Below, in pieces: positions 47,152-56,725 of a stretch of DNA of 64,000 bases. Location of the stretch: NCBI GenBank assembly GCA_036376135.1, contig DASVAW010000179.1, positions 19,566-83,565 on the forward strand, written 5' to 3'. The notes beneath the pieces were generated by a model. That model saw only the letters and a list, made by a program, of their open reading frames with translations. It did not search any database and was not told where the DNA came from. Made by a program: the position numbers and the translations under genes. This stretch comes from Candidatus Polarisedimenticolaceae bacterium. GTDB taxonomy: Bacteria; Acidobacteriota; Polarisedimenticolia; Polarisedimenticolales; DASRJG01. Positions within the stretch are counted from its first letter, which is position 1. Every line of letters begins with the position of its first letter.

Positions 47152-50100
47152 GCGCGCTGATCCCGGTCGGGCTGATCGCGGCGCTGCTGGTATGCGCGTA
47201 CCTGCTCGGACGACGCGGGGGCCGCGCCGTTCCCGCTCCGTCGCCCCAGGCTCCGGACGCGGCCGCGACGCTCTACCGGATCGCGGGGGAGCTCGTGCCG
47301 TTCTTCCAGGCGTCGGCGCACCCGAAGGACCTCCTGGACAATCCCGGTTTCCGCCGCGGCGTCGACCTGCTCCGCGGACCGTCGTGGTCGGCCGAGACGC
47401 TGCTGGGGTACTACGCCGGCGACAACGCCGTGATCGCGTGCCTCGCCCTCGAGGCGCTGTGCGCGCGCGCCGACGACGTCGACGTGCGTCCGGCGGTCCT
47501 CGCCGGGATCAACGACTTCAACCCCTGGAACCGGTACTTCTCCTTGCGCCTGCTCGCCGCGAAGAGCCCCGTCGGCGGGGAGCCGATCGTCGGACGCCTC
47601 CTGATGCGGCTGAACGATTCGTGGCTGTTCCCCGCGAACCTCCAGTTCCTCCGGGAGTTCCTCGCCACCCGGGAGGCGGCCGGCGAGCCGCCGACCCTCG
47701 GGACGCTGGTGGAGGGGCTCAACGACGCGTCGGCGACGACGCTCGGCTCGATCCTGGAGCGCCTGCCCGGCGAGCTCGCCGGACCGGTGGCGGCGGAGAT
47801 TGCCGCGTGGCGCGTCCGCAGCATCGACCGCGAGTTCCTGGCCTCGATCGGGCGGCTCTGGACCGCCGGCGAGGGGGAGCCGCTCGTCGAGCACGCGGGG
47901 CTCGCGCAGGCGACGTCGAGCGTGCTCGCGTCCATCCTCGCGCACCCGAGCCGATCGGTCCTTCTCGTCGGCGAACACGGCGTCGGGAAGTCCGCGGTCG
48001 CGCGGCGCGCGGCGGAGGCGCTGCTCGCGCGCGACTGGACCGTTTTCGAGACCCAGGCGACCGACCTCCTCGCGGGGATGTCGTATCTGGGGGAGCTCGA
48101 GGAGCGCGTCCGCGATCTCGTCGCGAAGCTCCGGGGAAGGCCGGTCCTGTGGTACGTCCCGGGGTTCCACATGCTCACGCTCGCGGGGCGGCACCGTTAC
48201 GGCCCGGCCAGTCTGCTCGACATGATCCTCCCGCACGTGGACAAGGGGGAGATCGTCGTCCTGGGAGAGACCTCGCCGTCGGGGTACGAACGCGTCGTGC
48301 AATCCGCCTCGCGCGTCCCCGCGGCCTTCGAGGTCGTGAGGATCGAGCCCACCTCGTCCGCCGCGACGCTCGACCTCGTCACGGCGTGGTCGTCGCAGCG
48401 CGCGCGGCCGGGAGCCGAGGCGCTCGTCGACGACGCGACGCGACACGAAGCCTGGCAGCTCGCGCAGCAGTACCGGGGGGACCGGGCCGCGCCGGGGAAC
48501 GTCCTGGAGCTGCTCGAGCGCACGCTCGCGCGCCTCTCCGCGGGCGGCGAGCGGCCCGCGACGATCACCCTCGGGGATCTCGTCGATACCCTCGGCCGGC
48601 TGACCGGACTTCCCGCGACGATCCTCGATCCCCGGGCGGGGCTCGACGTCGCGTCGCTGCGGGCGATGTTCGAACGGCACGTGCTCGGGCAGCCCGAGGC
48701 GGTGGACTGCCTCGTCGAGCGCGTGGCGATGGTCAAGGCGGGGGTGACCGATCCGAAGCGTCCGCTCGGCGTCTTCCTGTTCGCGGGGCCGACGGGGACG
48801 GGAAAGACCGAGATCGCGAAGACCCTCGCGCGATTCCTCTTCGGCTCCCCCGACCGGATGATCCGGCTGGACATGAGCGAGTTCCAGGGGCCCGAGTCGC
48901 TCAACCGGCTCCTCGGGGAGTCGGATGCGGACGCGGGAAGGACGGGGGCGGCGCTGGTCGACCGCATCCGCAAGGAGCCGTTCTCGGTGATCCTCCTCGA
49001 CGAGGTCGAGAAGGCGCACGAGAAGGTCTGGGACCTGTTCCTGCAGGTCTTCGACGACGGCCGCCTCACGGACCGGCAGGGCGCGACGGCGGACTTCCGC
49101 AACGCGATCGTGATCCTCACGTCCAATCTCGGCGCCGCGATCCCCAGCGGGGCGTCGCTGGGGTTCCTGGACGCGACGGGGCGCTTCTCGCCGTCGACGG
49201 TGCTCAAGACGGTGGAGAAGAGCTTCCGGAAGGAGTTCCTCAACCGGCTCGACCGCATCGTGGTCTTCCGGCCGCTCGCGCGGGAGACGATGCGCGACAT
49301 CCTCCGCAAGGAGCTCACCGAGGCGTTCGAGCGGCGCGGCCTCAGGCAGCGGGCCTGGGCCGTCGAGTTCGACGCCGGCGCGCTCGACCTGCTGCTCGAG
49401 CGCGGCTTCACCGCCGATCTCGGCGCGCGCCCGCTGAAACGCTCGGTGGAGCGGCACCTCCTCGCGCCGCTCGCATTGACGATCGTGGAGCATCGCGTGC
49501 CGGAGGGGGACCAGTTCCTGTTCGTGAAGGCCGAGCAGGGAAGGCTCGTCGTCGAGTTCATCGACCCCGACGCGCCGGACCCGGCGGCGCCCGCGGCGCC
49601 GGCCGACGCCCCGGCCGGCACCGACCGCTCCCCGGCGCGCATCGCCGTCGCCCCCGCCGGGACGGCGGCGGAGATCGCCGCCCTCGCGCGTGCGCATGCG
49701 CGCCTCGAGGAGCTTCTCGACGCGGAGGCGATCCACGCCGCGAAGGGGGACGCGTTGTCGCGGATGCGCGAACCCGCGTTCTGGGAGTCCCCCGACCGGT
49801 TCGCGCTGCTCGGCCGGATCGAGCAGCTCGACCGCATCGAGAGCGGCGTGCGGGCCGCGGGGTCGCTGCTCGAACGGCTCGAGTCCCGGGAGCGCGCTCC
49901 GCGCGACCTCGTCGGCCGGCTGGCGATGCAGCTGCACCTTCTGGATCTCGCCGTCCACGACGCGATCGAGGACCGGCCCTCCGACGCGTTCGTCGCCGTC
50001 GAGGCCTGGGGGGACGCGGGCTCGCCGTCCCGGGATTCGAACGCCTTCGCCGCGCGCGTGGCCGCCATGTACCGCGCCTGGGCGGATCGGCGCGGGATCC

Positions 50101-50474
50101 AGGTCGAGGATCTCCCCGCGCCGGCGACCGACGGGGTGTTCCGGGCCGCGTTCGGCGTCGCGGGGCACGGCGCCTTCTCGACCCTTTCTCGCGAAGCCGG
50201 CCTCCACGTGCTCGAGATTCCCGAAGGGGAGGGCCGGGGCGAGCGACGCGCGATCGCCCGCGTGAGGGTGGTCCCGCAGCCCGACGGTCCCGCCGACGGC
50301 CGCGCCGTTCTCGACGCCGCGGGCGCGGGGGCGCCTTCGATCGTGCGACGCTACCGCGAGCTGCCGTCTCCCTTGGTCCGCGACGTCGTTGCGGGATGGC
50401 GGAGCGGGAAGCTCGACAGGGTGCTCGCCGGGGACTTCGACCTGATCGCCGCCGCCGACGCGCGGTCGGGTTAG
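47148..50474 (+). CDS. Membrane-anchored ClpC/ClpB-like double-AAA+ ATPase fused to a GGQ-less RF2-like (PCRF) domain
   Basis: ATG 47148 overlaps the MFS stop (ATGA). TM aa 3-22. D1 has GEHGVGKS but a degenerate Walker B. D2 has [18 protein letters not shown], LGF loop and GARPLKR. The C-terminal 270 aa align by eye to RF2 domains 1/2/4. See findings. Confidence 0.8.
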   Translation: [1108 protein letters not shown]

Positions 50475-52909
50475 CCGAGCGCCTTCCTCGCCGCCTTGAC
50501 GCGGGGATCTTCCTCGCCGGCCGCGGGGGCGAGCGTATCGACTCCGCGCTTCAGCAGGGCCCGCGCCTCGTCCGGCCGGCGGGAGAGCAGCTGCAGGCCG
50601 AGGTCGATGCGCGTCGACGCGGTCTGGCGGTGATCCTCCCCGAGCGCCGCGGCCCGGATGCGCAGCGCGTCGCGCAGGGCGGCCTCGGCCCCGGCGGCAT
50701 CTCCCCGCGCGCCCAGCACGAGCCCGAGCGTCCCCAGGACGTGCGCGACGTCCGGGTGATCGCCGATCCCGGCGCGCATGAGCGTCACCCCCTCGCGAAG
50801 CGCAGCCTCCGCCTCCTCGAGTCGCCCCTGGCGGCGGAGGACCGCGCCGAGGTTGGCGAGTGTCCGCCCGACGGCGGGATCGGTCGGGCCGAGCGCTTCG
50901 CGCCGGATCGCCGCGACCTCGCGGAGGATCTCGATCGTCTTCTCCGGGCGTCCTGCCCGGAACTGGACGTTGCCGAGGTTCTCGAGGACGAGCGCGACCT
51001 GCGGATGGCGGTCGCCGAAGCGGCGCTTGGTGTTCTCCAGGATCTCGAGGTACGCCCGCTCCGCGCGGTCGAATTCCCCGCGCTGCATCAGGATGATGCC
51101 CAGGGAATTCCGGGACTGGTCCACGAGCGGGTTGTCGGGTCCGACGGCCGCCCGGTACGCCTCCACCGACTCGGTCGCCAGGACCTCGGCCTCCTCGAGC
51201 TTGCCCTGCGCTCCGCGAACGTCGGCGAGGAGCCGGAGGCCCTCCCCGAGGATCGAGGTGGGGGTCTGCGACGCGGCACGGGCGAGCGCGACCGCCTCCT
51301 CGGCGGGCGGCAGGGCTTCCTCGGGACGCCCGGAGAAGTAGACCGCCCACCCGAGCTCCGTGAGCCGTTCGGCGAGCGCCTCGCCCGGGGGGTCTCCGGA
51401 AGCGCGCTGCGCCGCGACCGCCTTCTTCGCGGCCTCGATCGCCTCGTCGTAACGGCCGACCGTGTGGAGGAACCGGCTGAGGCGTCCCCACGCCTTCGCG
51501 GTCTCCGGGTCGGTCGGGCCGAGATGTTCGGTGCGCAGCTCGATGACGCGGCGCAGGAGCGGCTCGACGGGCTCGAACTCCCCGACGTTGTGGAAGCTGA
51601 TGGCGATCGTCTCGCGGACCGCCGCCTCGACGATCGGCTGGGAGGCGAAGTCCTTCTCGATGCGGCCGAGGGAACGCTCGAGCGCCTCGAGGACGGTGAC
51701 CTTGCGCTCGCCTCCCTCGATGTACGGGTTCGGGGCCTCCAGGGTCTCCTGCAGGAACCGGTTGATCGCCGCCGCCTTGTCGGCCTCGGACTGCGCCCGG
51801 TCGCGCTCGGCGGCGATCCGGCGCGCCTGCCACGCCATCGTTCCCGCGAAGGCGACGAGAAGGACCACGAGCGTCGCGGCGAAGGCGGCGGGGAGGGGAT
51901 TGCGCCGGACGAGCTTGCGGATCTGGTAGAGGGTGCTCGGCGGCCGGGCGAGGATCGGCTCGAAGCAAAGCCACCGCCGCAGGTCCTCCGCGAGCGCGGC
52001 GGCGCTCCCGTAGCGGTCGTTCGGGTCCTTCTCGAGCGCCTTGGCGACGATCGTCTCCAGGTCCTCGTCGATGCGCCCCGTCCCCTTCCACACCTCGCGG
52101 AGCGGGCGCGGGCGCGCCTGCTCGATCACCCGCAGGGCATCCACGACGGTGAGGGACGAGAGGTCGTGCGGGAGGATCCCCGTCAGCATCACGTACAGGA
52201 TCACGCCGAGGGAGTAGACGTCCGTGCGCAGATCGACGGCCTCGGGGCGGCCGCGCGCCTGCTCGGGGCTCATGTACGAGAGCGTCCCCCGGATCGCGCC
52301 GACCTCGCTCAGCTGCGTCGCGAGGACGTCGCCGTCGGTGATCCGCGCGAGGCCGAAGTCGAGGATCTTGACGCGCGTCGCTCCCGCCTCGCCCGCCGGG
52401 ACGATCAGGTTCGAGGGCTTCAGGTCGCGGTGGACCACCCCGCGCTGGTGCGCGTAGTGGACCGCCTCGGCGATCTCCGCGAGGAGTCCGAGCCGCCGGC
52501 GAACCTCCGAGGGACCGAGCGGCCCCTCGTGACGTCGGAGGGATTCGGAGAGGGTCTCCCCGCGTACGAGCTCCATCGCGAAGTAGTGGCGCCCTTCCGG
52601 GGTGCGCCCCGATGCGTAGAGTCTCGCGATCATCGGATGCTCGAGCCGGGCGAGGACCTCGACCTCGCGCCGGAAGAGCATCACGTGCAGATCGTCGACG
52701 GCGACGTCGCCGCGCAGGACCTTCAGCGCGACGACGCGGCCTGGGGAATCCTGCTCCGCCTCGTAGACGACGCCCATGCCGCCGCGGCCGAGCACGCCGA
52801 GGATGCGGTAGTCGCCGATCCGGTCCGGATGGCCCTCCGCCGGGTGGGGCGGAGCGGGATCTCCGGCGCGGCTTCGCGTCAGGTCGTCGTCGGAGCGGTC
52901 GTTCGCCAT
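50471..52909 (-). CDS. Ser/Thr protein kinase with a TM segment and a C-terminal TPR array
   Basis: GRGGMGVVYEA, VALKVL, HRDLKPSNLIV, ILDFGLAR, YMSPEQ; TM AAFAATLVVLLVAFAGTMAW; multiple TPRs. Confidence 0.9.
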   Translation of the reverse strand: MANDRSDDDLTRSRAGDPAPPHPAEGHPDRIGDYRILGVLGRGGMGVVYEAEQDSPGRVVALKVLRGDVAVDDLHVMLFRREVEVLARLEHPMIARLYASGRTPEGRHYFAMELVRGETLSESLRRHEGPLGPSEVRRRLGLLAEIAEAVHYAHQRGVVHRDLKPSNLIVPAGEAGATRVKILDFGLARITDGDVLATQLSEVGAIRGTLSYMSPEQARGRPEAVDLRTDVYSLGVILYVMLTGILPHDLSSLTVVDALRVIEQARPRPLREVWKGTGRIDEDLETIVAKALEKDPNDRYGSAAALAEDLRRWLCFEPILARPPSTLYQIRKLVRRNPLPAAFAATLVVLLVAFAGTMAWQARRIAAERDRAQSEADKAAAINRFLQETLEAPNPYIEGGERKVTVLEALERSLGRIEKDFASQPIVEAAVRETIAISFHNVGEFEPVEPLLRRVIELRTEHLGPTDPETAKAWGRLSRFLHTVGRYDEAIEAAKKAVAAQRASGDPPGEALAERLTELGWAVYFSGRPEEALPPAEEAVALARAASQTPTSILGEGLRLLADVRGAQGKLEEAEVLATESVEAYRAAVGPDNPLVDQSRNSLGIILMQRGEFDRAERAYLEILENTKRRFGDRHPQVALVLENLGNVQFRAGRPEKTIEILREVAAIRREALGPTDPAVGRTLANLGAVLRRQGRLEEAEAALREGVTLMRAGIGDHPDVAHVLGTLGLVLGARGDAAGAEAALRDALRIRAAALGEDHRQTASTRIDLGLQLLSRRPDEARALLKRGVDTLAPAAGEEDPRVKAARKALG

Positions 52910-53049
52910 CCGGATCCCCCGTCGAAAGCGTGGATCCTACACGGTCCGGCGGATCGACCTGAACGGGAAGCGGACGCCGGGGGGGCGCCGCGGCGATCGG
53001 CGCGGCGCGGAGTCGGAGGCGTGAATCGGGATTTCGGCGGGGAAGGACT

Positions 53050-54915
53050 CTACCGGACGAGAGCGACCTCTCCATCCGTGGAGCAGAGGGCGAGCGCATC
53101 CCGCGTGGCGATCGTGTCCGGATGGTCGGGGCCCAGGGTGAGCTCGCGGCGGGCCAGGACCCGTCGGAGCAACGGCGCGGCCTCCCCGCACTTCCCGCCG
53201 CGGGCGAGCGCGAGGCCCACGAAGTGGCTGCTCCGCAGCGTTCGGGCGTTGTTCGGGTCGTTGTGTCCCTCGCGGATCGCCAGCGCCCGGCGGTGGTCCC
53301 GCTCGGCGGCGTCGAAGTCGTTCCGGGCGAGGTGGAGGTTCCCGAGGCTGTCGTACGCCGAGGCGATGAACTCGGGGTTCGGGATCGGCTCGCTCTCGTA
53401 GAGCCGGAGCGCGTCGCGGAGCAACGCTTCCGCCTCGTCGAGCCGGCCGACGTCCCGGAGCGCCGTCCCGAGGTTCTCCTTCGCGTAGCCGAGGGCGCGG
53501 GGCTGCGGCGGGGTCGGGGACGCCCGGAGTCGGTCCAGGATCTCCCGGAACAGCGGCTCGGCCTGCGCCGGTCGGCCCGCGACGACGTACAACTCTCCGA
53601 GGATCCGCGCGGACTCCGGGACCGCTCCGCGTTCGAGCAGCTCCCGCTCGGCGCGGTCGGCCCGCTCGAGCAGGCGGATCCCCGCGTCGCGCGCGCCCGC
53701 CTCGTACACGGCGAGCCCGGCGGACTGCAGCAACTCGACCTTTCGCAGCGGGTCGCCTTTCCATTGCCGGTCGATCTCGTCGACCACCGCGGCCACCATC
53801 GCCGGATCGTCGAGGCGCGAGTAACCCCACCCGGGAAGCCGTCGGAGGAGGACGCCCGTGAACGCCGCGGCGTTCGCCCGGGCCGACTCCGCCTCGGCGT
53901 TCGCGCGGTCGCGCTCGGCGGCGAGGCGGCCGGCGAGCATCGCCATCGCGATCCCGAACCCCGCGAGCAGCACGATCCCCGCGGCGAGCGCCGCGAACGG
54001 CCCCTTGTGGCGAAGGACGAGCTTGCGGAGCTGATACGCGGCGCTCGGCGGGCGTGCGGCGATGGGCTCGCCGGCGAGGTAACGCCCGACGTCGTCGGCG
54101 AGCGCCCGGACGCCGACGTACCTTCGCTCCCGGTCCTTCTCGAGCGCCTTGAGCACGATCGTCGAGAGGTCGCCGTCGAGCCGGCGCGCGATGGACTTCG
54201 GGGGTTCCTCCAGGATGCGACGCGGGACGTCGTAGGCCGGCGCATCCCTGAGGTCGAGCGGGTGCTCGCCCAGCAGCATCTCGTAGAGCAGCACCCCGAG
54301 GGCGTAGACGTCGACGCGGCCGTCGAGTGCGTCGGGATCGCCGGCCATCTGCTCCGGGCTCATGTACTCGAGCGTCCCGCGCACCGAGCCGAACTCCGTC
54401 GCGGCGGTCGCGTCCGCGCCCTCGGCGTCGACGATCCGCGCGAGGCCGAAGTCGAGGACCTTCGCGTGCGGCGGGTCGCCGGCGACGACGATGTTCGACG
54501 GCTTGAGGTCGCGATGCAGCACGCCGCGGTCGTGGGCGGTCGCGACGGCCTCCGCGATCTCGAGGAACAGGCGCAGCCGGTCCGGGATGCCGAGCTCGCG
54601 CCCGCGAAGCCACACGTCCAGCGCGGCGCCGCGGACGCGCTCCATGGCGAACCAGGGGAGCCCGTCGTCGGTTCGGCCGGAGGCGTACAGGGTCGCGATC
54701 CCGGGGTGGTCGAGCCGCGCGAGCGCGCGGATCTCCCGCCGGAACAGCGCGAGTGCCGTGTCCCCCGCGATCGCTCCCGCGCGCAGGACCTTGAGCGCGA
54801 CGATCCTGCGAGGCTCGTCCTGCTCGGCCTCGTACACGACCCCCATCGCCCCGCGTCCGATCTCGGCGCGGATGGCGAACGGCCCGATTCGGTCGGGGGC
54901 GGACGCCTCGGTCAT
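53050..54915 (-). CDS. Ser/Thr protein kinase with a TM segment and a C-terminal TPR array (paralog of the preceding gene)
   Basis: Start MTEASAPDRIGPF (ATG ending at 54915). GRGAMGVVYEA, HRDLKPSNIVV, VLDFGLAR, YMSPEQ; TM FAALAAGIVLLAGFGIAMAML. Confidence 0.9.
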   Translation of the reverse strand: MTEASAPDRIGPFAIRAEIGRGAMGVVYEAEQDEPRRIVALKVLRAGAIAGDTALALFRREIRALARLDHPGIATLYASGRTDDGLPWFAMERVRGAALDVWLRGRELGIPDRLRLFLEIAEAVATAHDRGVLHRDLKPSNIVVAGDPPHAKVLDFGLARIVDAEGADATAATEFGSVRGTLEYMSPEQMAGDPDALDGRVDVYALGVLLYEMLLGEHPLDLRDAPAYDVPRRILEEPPKSIARRLDGDLSTIVLKALEKDRERRYVGVRALADDVGRYLAGEPIAARPPSAAYQLRKLVLRHKGPFAALAAGIVLLAGFGIAMAMLAGRLAAERDRANAEAESARANAAAFTGVLLRRLPGWGYSRLDDPAMVAAVVDEIDRQWKGDPLRKVELLQSAGLAVYEAGARDAGIRLLERADRAERELLERGAVPESARILGELYVVAGRPAQAEPLFREILDRLRASPTPPQPRALGYAKENLGTALRDVGRLDEAEALLRDALRLYESEPIPNPEFIASAYDSLGNLHLARNDFDAAERDHRRALAIREGHNDPNNARTLRSSHFVGLALARGGKCGEAAPLLRRVLARRELTLGPDHPDTIATRDALALCSTDGEVALVR

Positions 54916-54934
54916 GGGGTAGGAATACCCCCAA

Positions 54935-55632
54935 ATGCGGGCGAGGATGCGAAAATTCCGGCGCGCGGAATCCGACCCGACGGAAGCGCCAATCGTCGTC
55001 GAGCGCTTCGAGGCCGGCGGGGAGGACCTCGGGGGGGTCTCCAATCCAGACGGCGTCCTGCGGACGCTTCTCGATCAGGCGGCGCGTCGGACCGGCGCCG
55101 AGCGCGGGCTCGTCGAGTCGGAGCGGTTCGGCCACCGGAAAGGGGCGTTCTCCGGGGCGGAGCAGGACGGGCCGGGGAAGGTGCAGGCTGCGGAGGGGGG
55201 GACGCTGTTCCTCGACGAGATCGGCGACCTTCCCCTCGAGCTTCAGCCCAAGCTCCTGCGGCTGCTCCAGGAGAGAACCTACGAGCGCCTCGGCGACGCG
55301 ACGCGACGGAACGGAAGGCCGACGTGCGCGTGGTCGCCGCGGGTCGGTTCCGACGCGACCTCCACGAGCGACTCAACTTCCTCCCGATCGCGATCCCGCC
55401 CGTGCGCGAGCGGAGGTCGGACCTCCCCGTGCTGCTGCGGCACGCCCTCGACGCGACGGAGGTAGGTCGGTGGATCGAACTTTCCTCCGCGGCCGAGCGG
55501 TGGCTGGTCGAGGTCGAGTACCTGTGGCCCGGAAACGTCCGCCAGGTCGAGCAGCTCGCCGCGAAGCTCAAGATCAGCGAGCCGGCGCTCTACAAGAAGC
55601 TCAAGGAGCACGGACCGGGGGGGAAGTCGTAG
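54935..55632 (+). pseudogene. Decayed sigma-54-dependent (NtrC/Fis-family) enhancer-binding protein: frameshifted and internally deleted
   Basis: Frame 2: [48 protein letters not shown]. Frame 1 after about 55310: [63 protein letters not shown]. The Walker A block is absent. Confidence 0.6.
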
Positions 55633-55652
55633 CATCGTCGCAGGAGGTGTCT

Positions 55653-56180
55653 ATGCGACGGACCACCCTGGCGTTCGGAGCGTTGTCCTTCTTCCTTCTC
55701 GGCGCGGCGACGGCCCTGGCCGGGAAGCTCACCTTCGACATGAGTCGCGTGCGGGGCCAGGAGCCCGCGGCGGCGGCGGCGGCGCTCCTCGCGGAGGCCG
55801 AGGCGCAGGCCGGGACCGGGACGTGGGAGCGCATCGCGATCGGCGACGTGTACTACCGCGGCGGGGATCGCGAGCGAGGGCAGAAGTACTTCGACGCGGT
55901 GCTCGGCGCGACTCCCGAAGCCAGCGACTTCTTCCGGGTGGCCATCGTCTACGCGGACGGCGGGGAGTGGGACAAGGCGAAGCCGCTGTTCGAGAGGGGG
56001 CTCGCCCTCAAGCCGAAGGACCATCGCGGCGCGGCCGACGCGGCCGCCTGGGCGATCCTGTACAAGGACCGCGAGTGGGGCGAGGCGCAGTTCCTCCGCG
56101 CCGTCTCCGAGGCCCCGGGGAACACCTACCACTACGTGAACATGGCGGGCGCGTACCTGGGGCTGAAGCCGCGCGAGTGA
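55653..56180 (+). CDS. Secreted TPR-like protein
   Basis: SD AGGAGG before ATG 55653. Signal peptide MRRTTLAFGALSFFLLGAATALA. Helical repeats (GDRERGQKYFDAVLG, GEWDKAKPLFERGLALKPKD). Confidence 0.6.
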   Translation: MRRTTLAFGALSFFLLGAATALAGKLTFDMSRVRGQEPAAAAAALLAEAEAQAGTGTWERIAIGDVYYRGGDRERGQKYFDAVLGATPEASDFFRVAIVYADGGEWDKAKPLFERGLALKPKDHRGAADAAAWAILYKDREWGEAQFLRAVSEAPGNTYHYVNMAGAYLGLKPRE

Positions 56181-56190
56181 CGCCGGGCCG

Positions 56191-56724
56191 TCAGGGCTCG
56201 AAGATCTCGGCGACCGGGAGCGTGAACCCGGGGACGACGTCCTCTCCGTCGAGCACGTCGTCGGCGCCGAGGAACCGTGGGGCGAGAAGCGTCCGATAGA
56301 CGGCGACGGTCTTCGTCTCCGGGTCGACGACCCAGACGAGTTTCGACCCCGCCGCGAGGTAGTCGGCCACCTTCGCGTGCATCTCGCCGGGGGAGTTCGA
56401 CGGGGAGACGACCTCCACCGCGAGGTCGGGGGGGCCGGGAAACGCCCTGCGGCCGTCCCGCACGAGCGCGAGGCGCGAGGCGCTCACGAAGGCGACGTCG
56501 GGACATCGCACCGTGTCCGGGTCGGAGGCGAGCAGGAAGCCGGCCTCGGCGACGATGAGGCGCCCGGACCGGGTGGCGCGGGCATGGGCGCCGATCGCGG
56601 CCGCGACGCGCCCGGCGGCGTCCCCGTGGGCGAAACCGGTGGGCGGTTCGGAGACCACGCAGCCGGCCTGGAGCTCGTGCCGGAAGCCGTCGTCGGGGAG
56701 GGTGTACAGCGCTTCGTGGTTCAC
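56191..56724 (-). CDS. Uma2-family (DUF820) putative endonuclease
   Basis: YTLPDDGFRHELQAGCVV, PDVAFVS, PDLAVEVVSPSN (PD-(D/E)xK-like core). GTG start. Confidence 0.85.
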   Translation of the reverse strand: MNHEALYTLPDDGFRHELQAGCVVSEPPTGFAHGDAAGRVAAAIGAHARATRSGRLIVAEAGFLLASDPDTVRCPDVAFVSASRLALVRDGRRAFPGPPDLAVEVVSPSNSPGEMHAKVADYLAAGSKLVWVVDPETKTVAVYRTLLAPRFLGADDVLDGEDVVPGFTLPVAEIFEP

Positions 56725-56725
56725 G

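Noticed and set aside
46950-54245. 2431-aa minus-strand ORF
   Set aside because: It runs antisense or out of frame across four genes with clear motifs (MFS, Clp-RF chimera, two kinases). Its composition is dominated by R/P/G/A with no recognisable domain.
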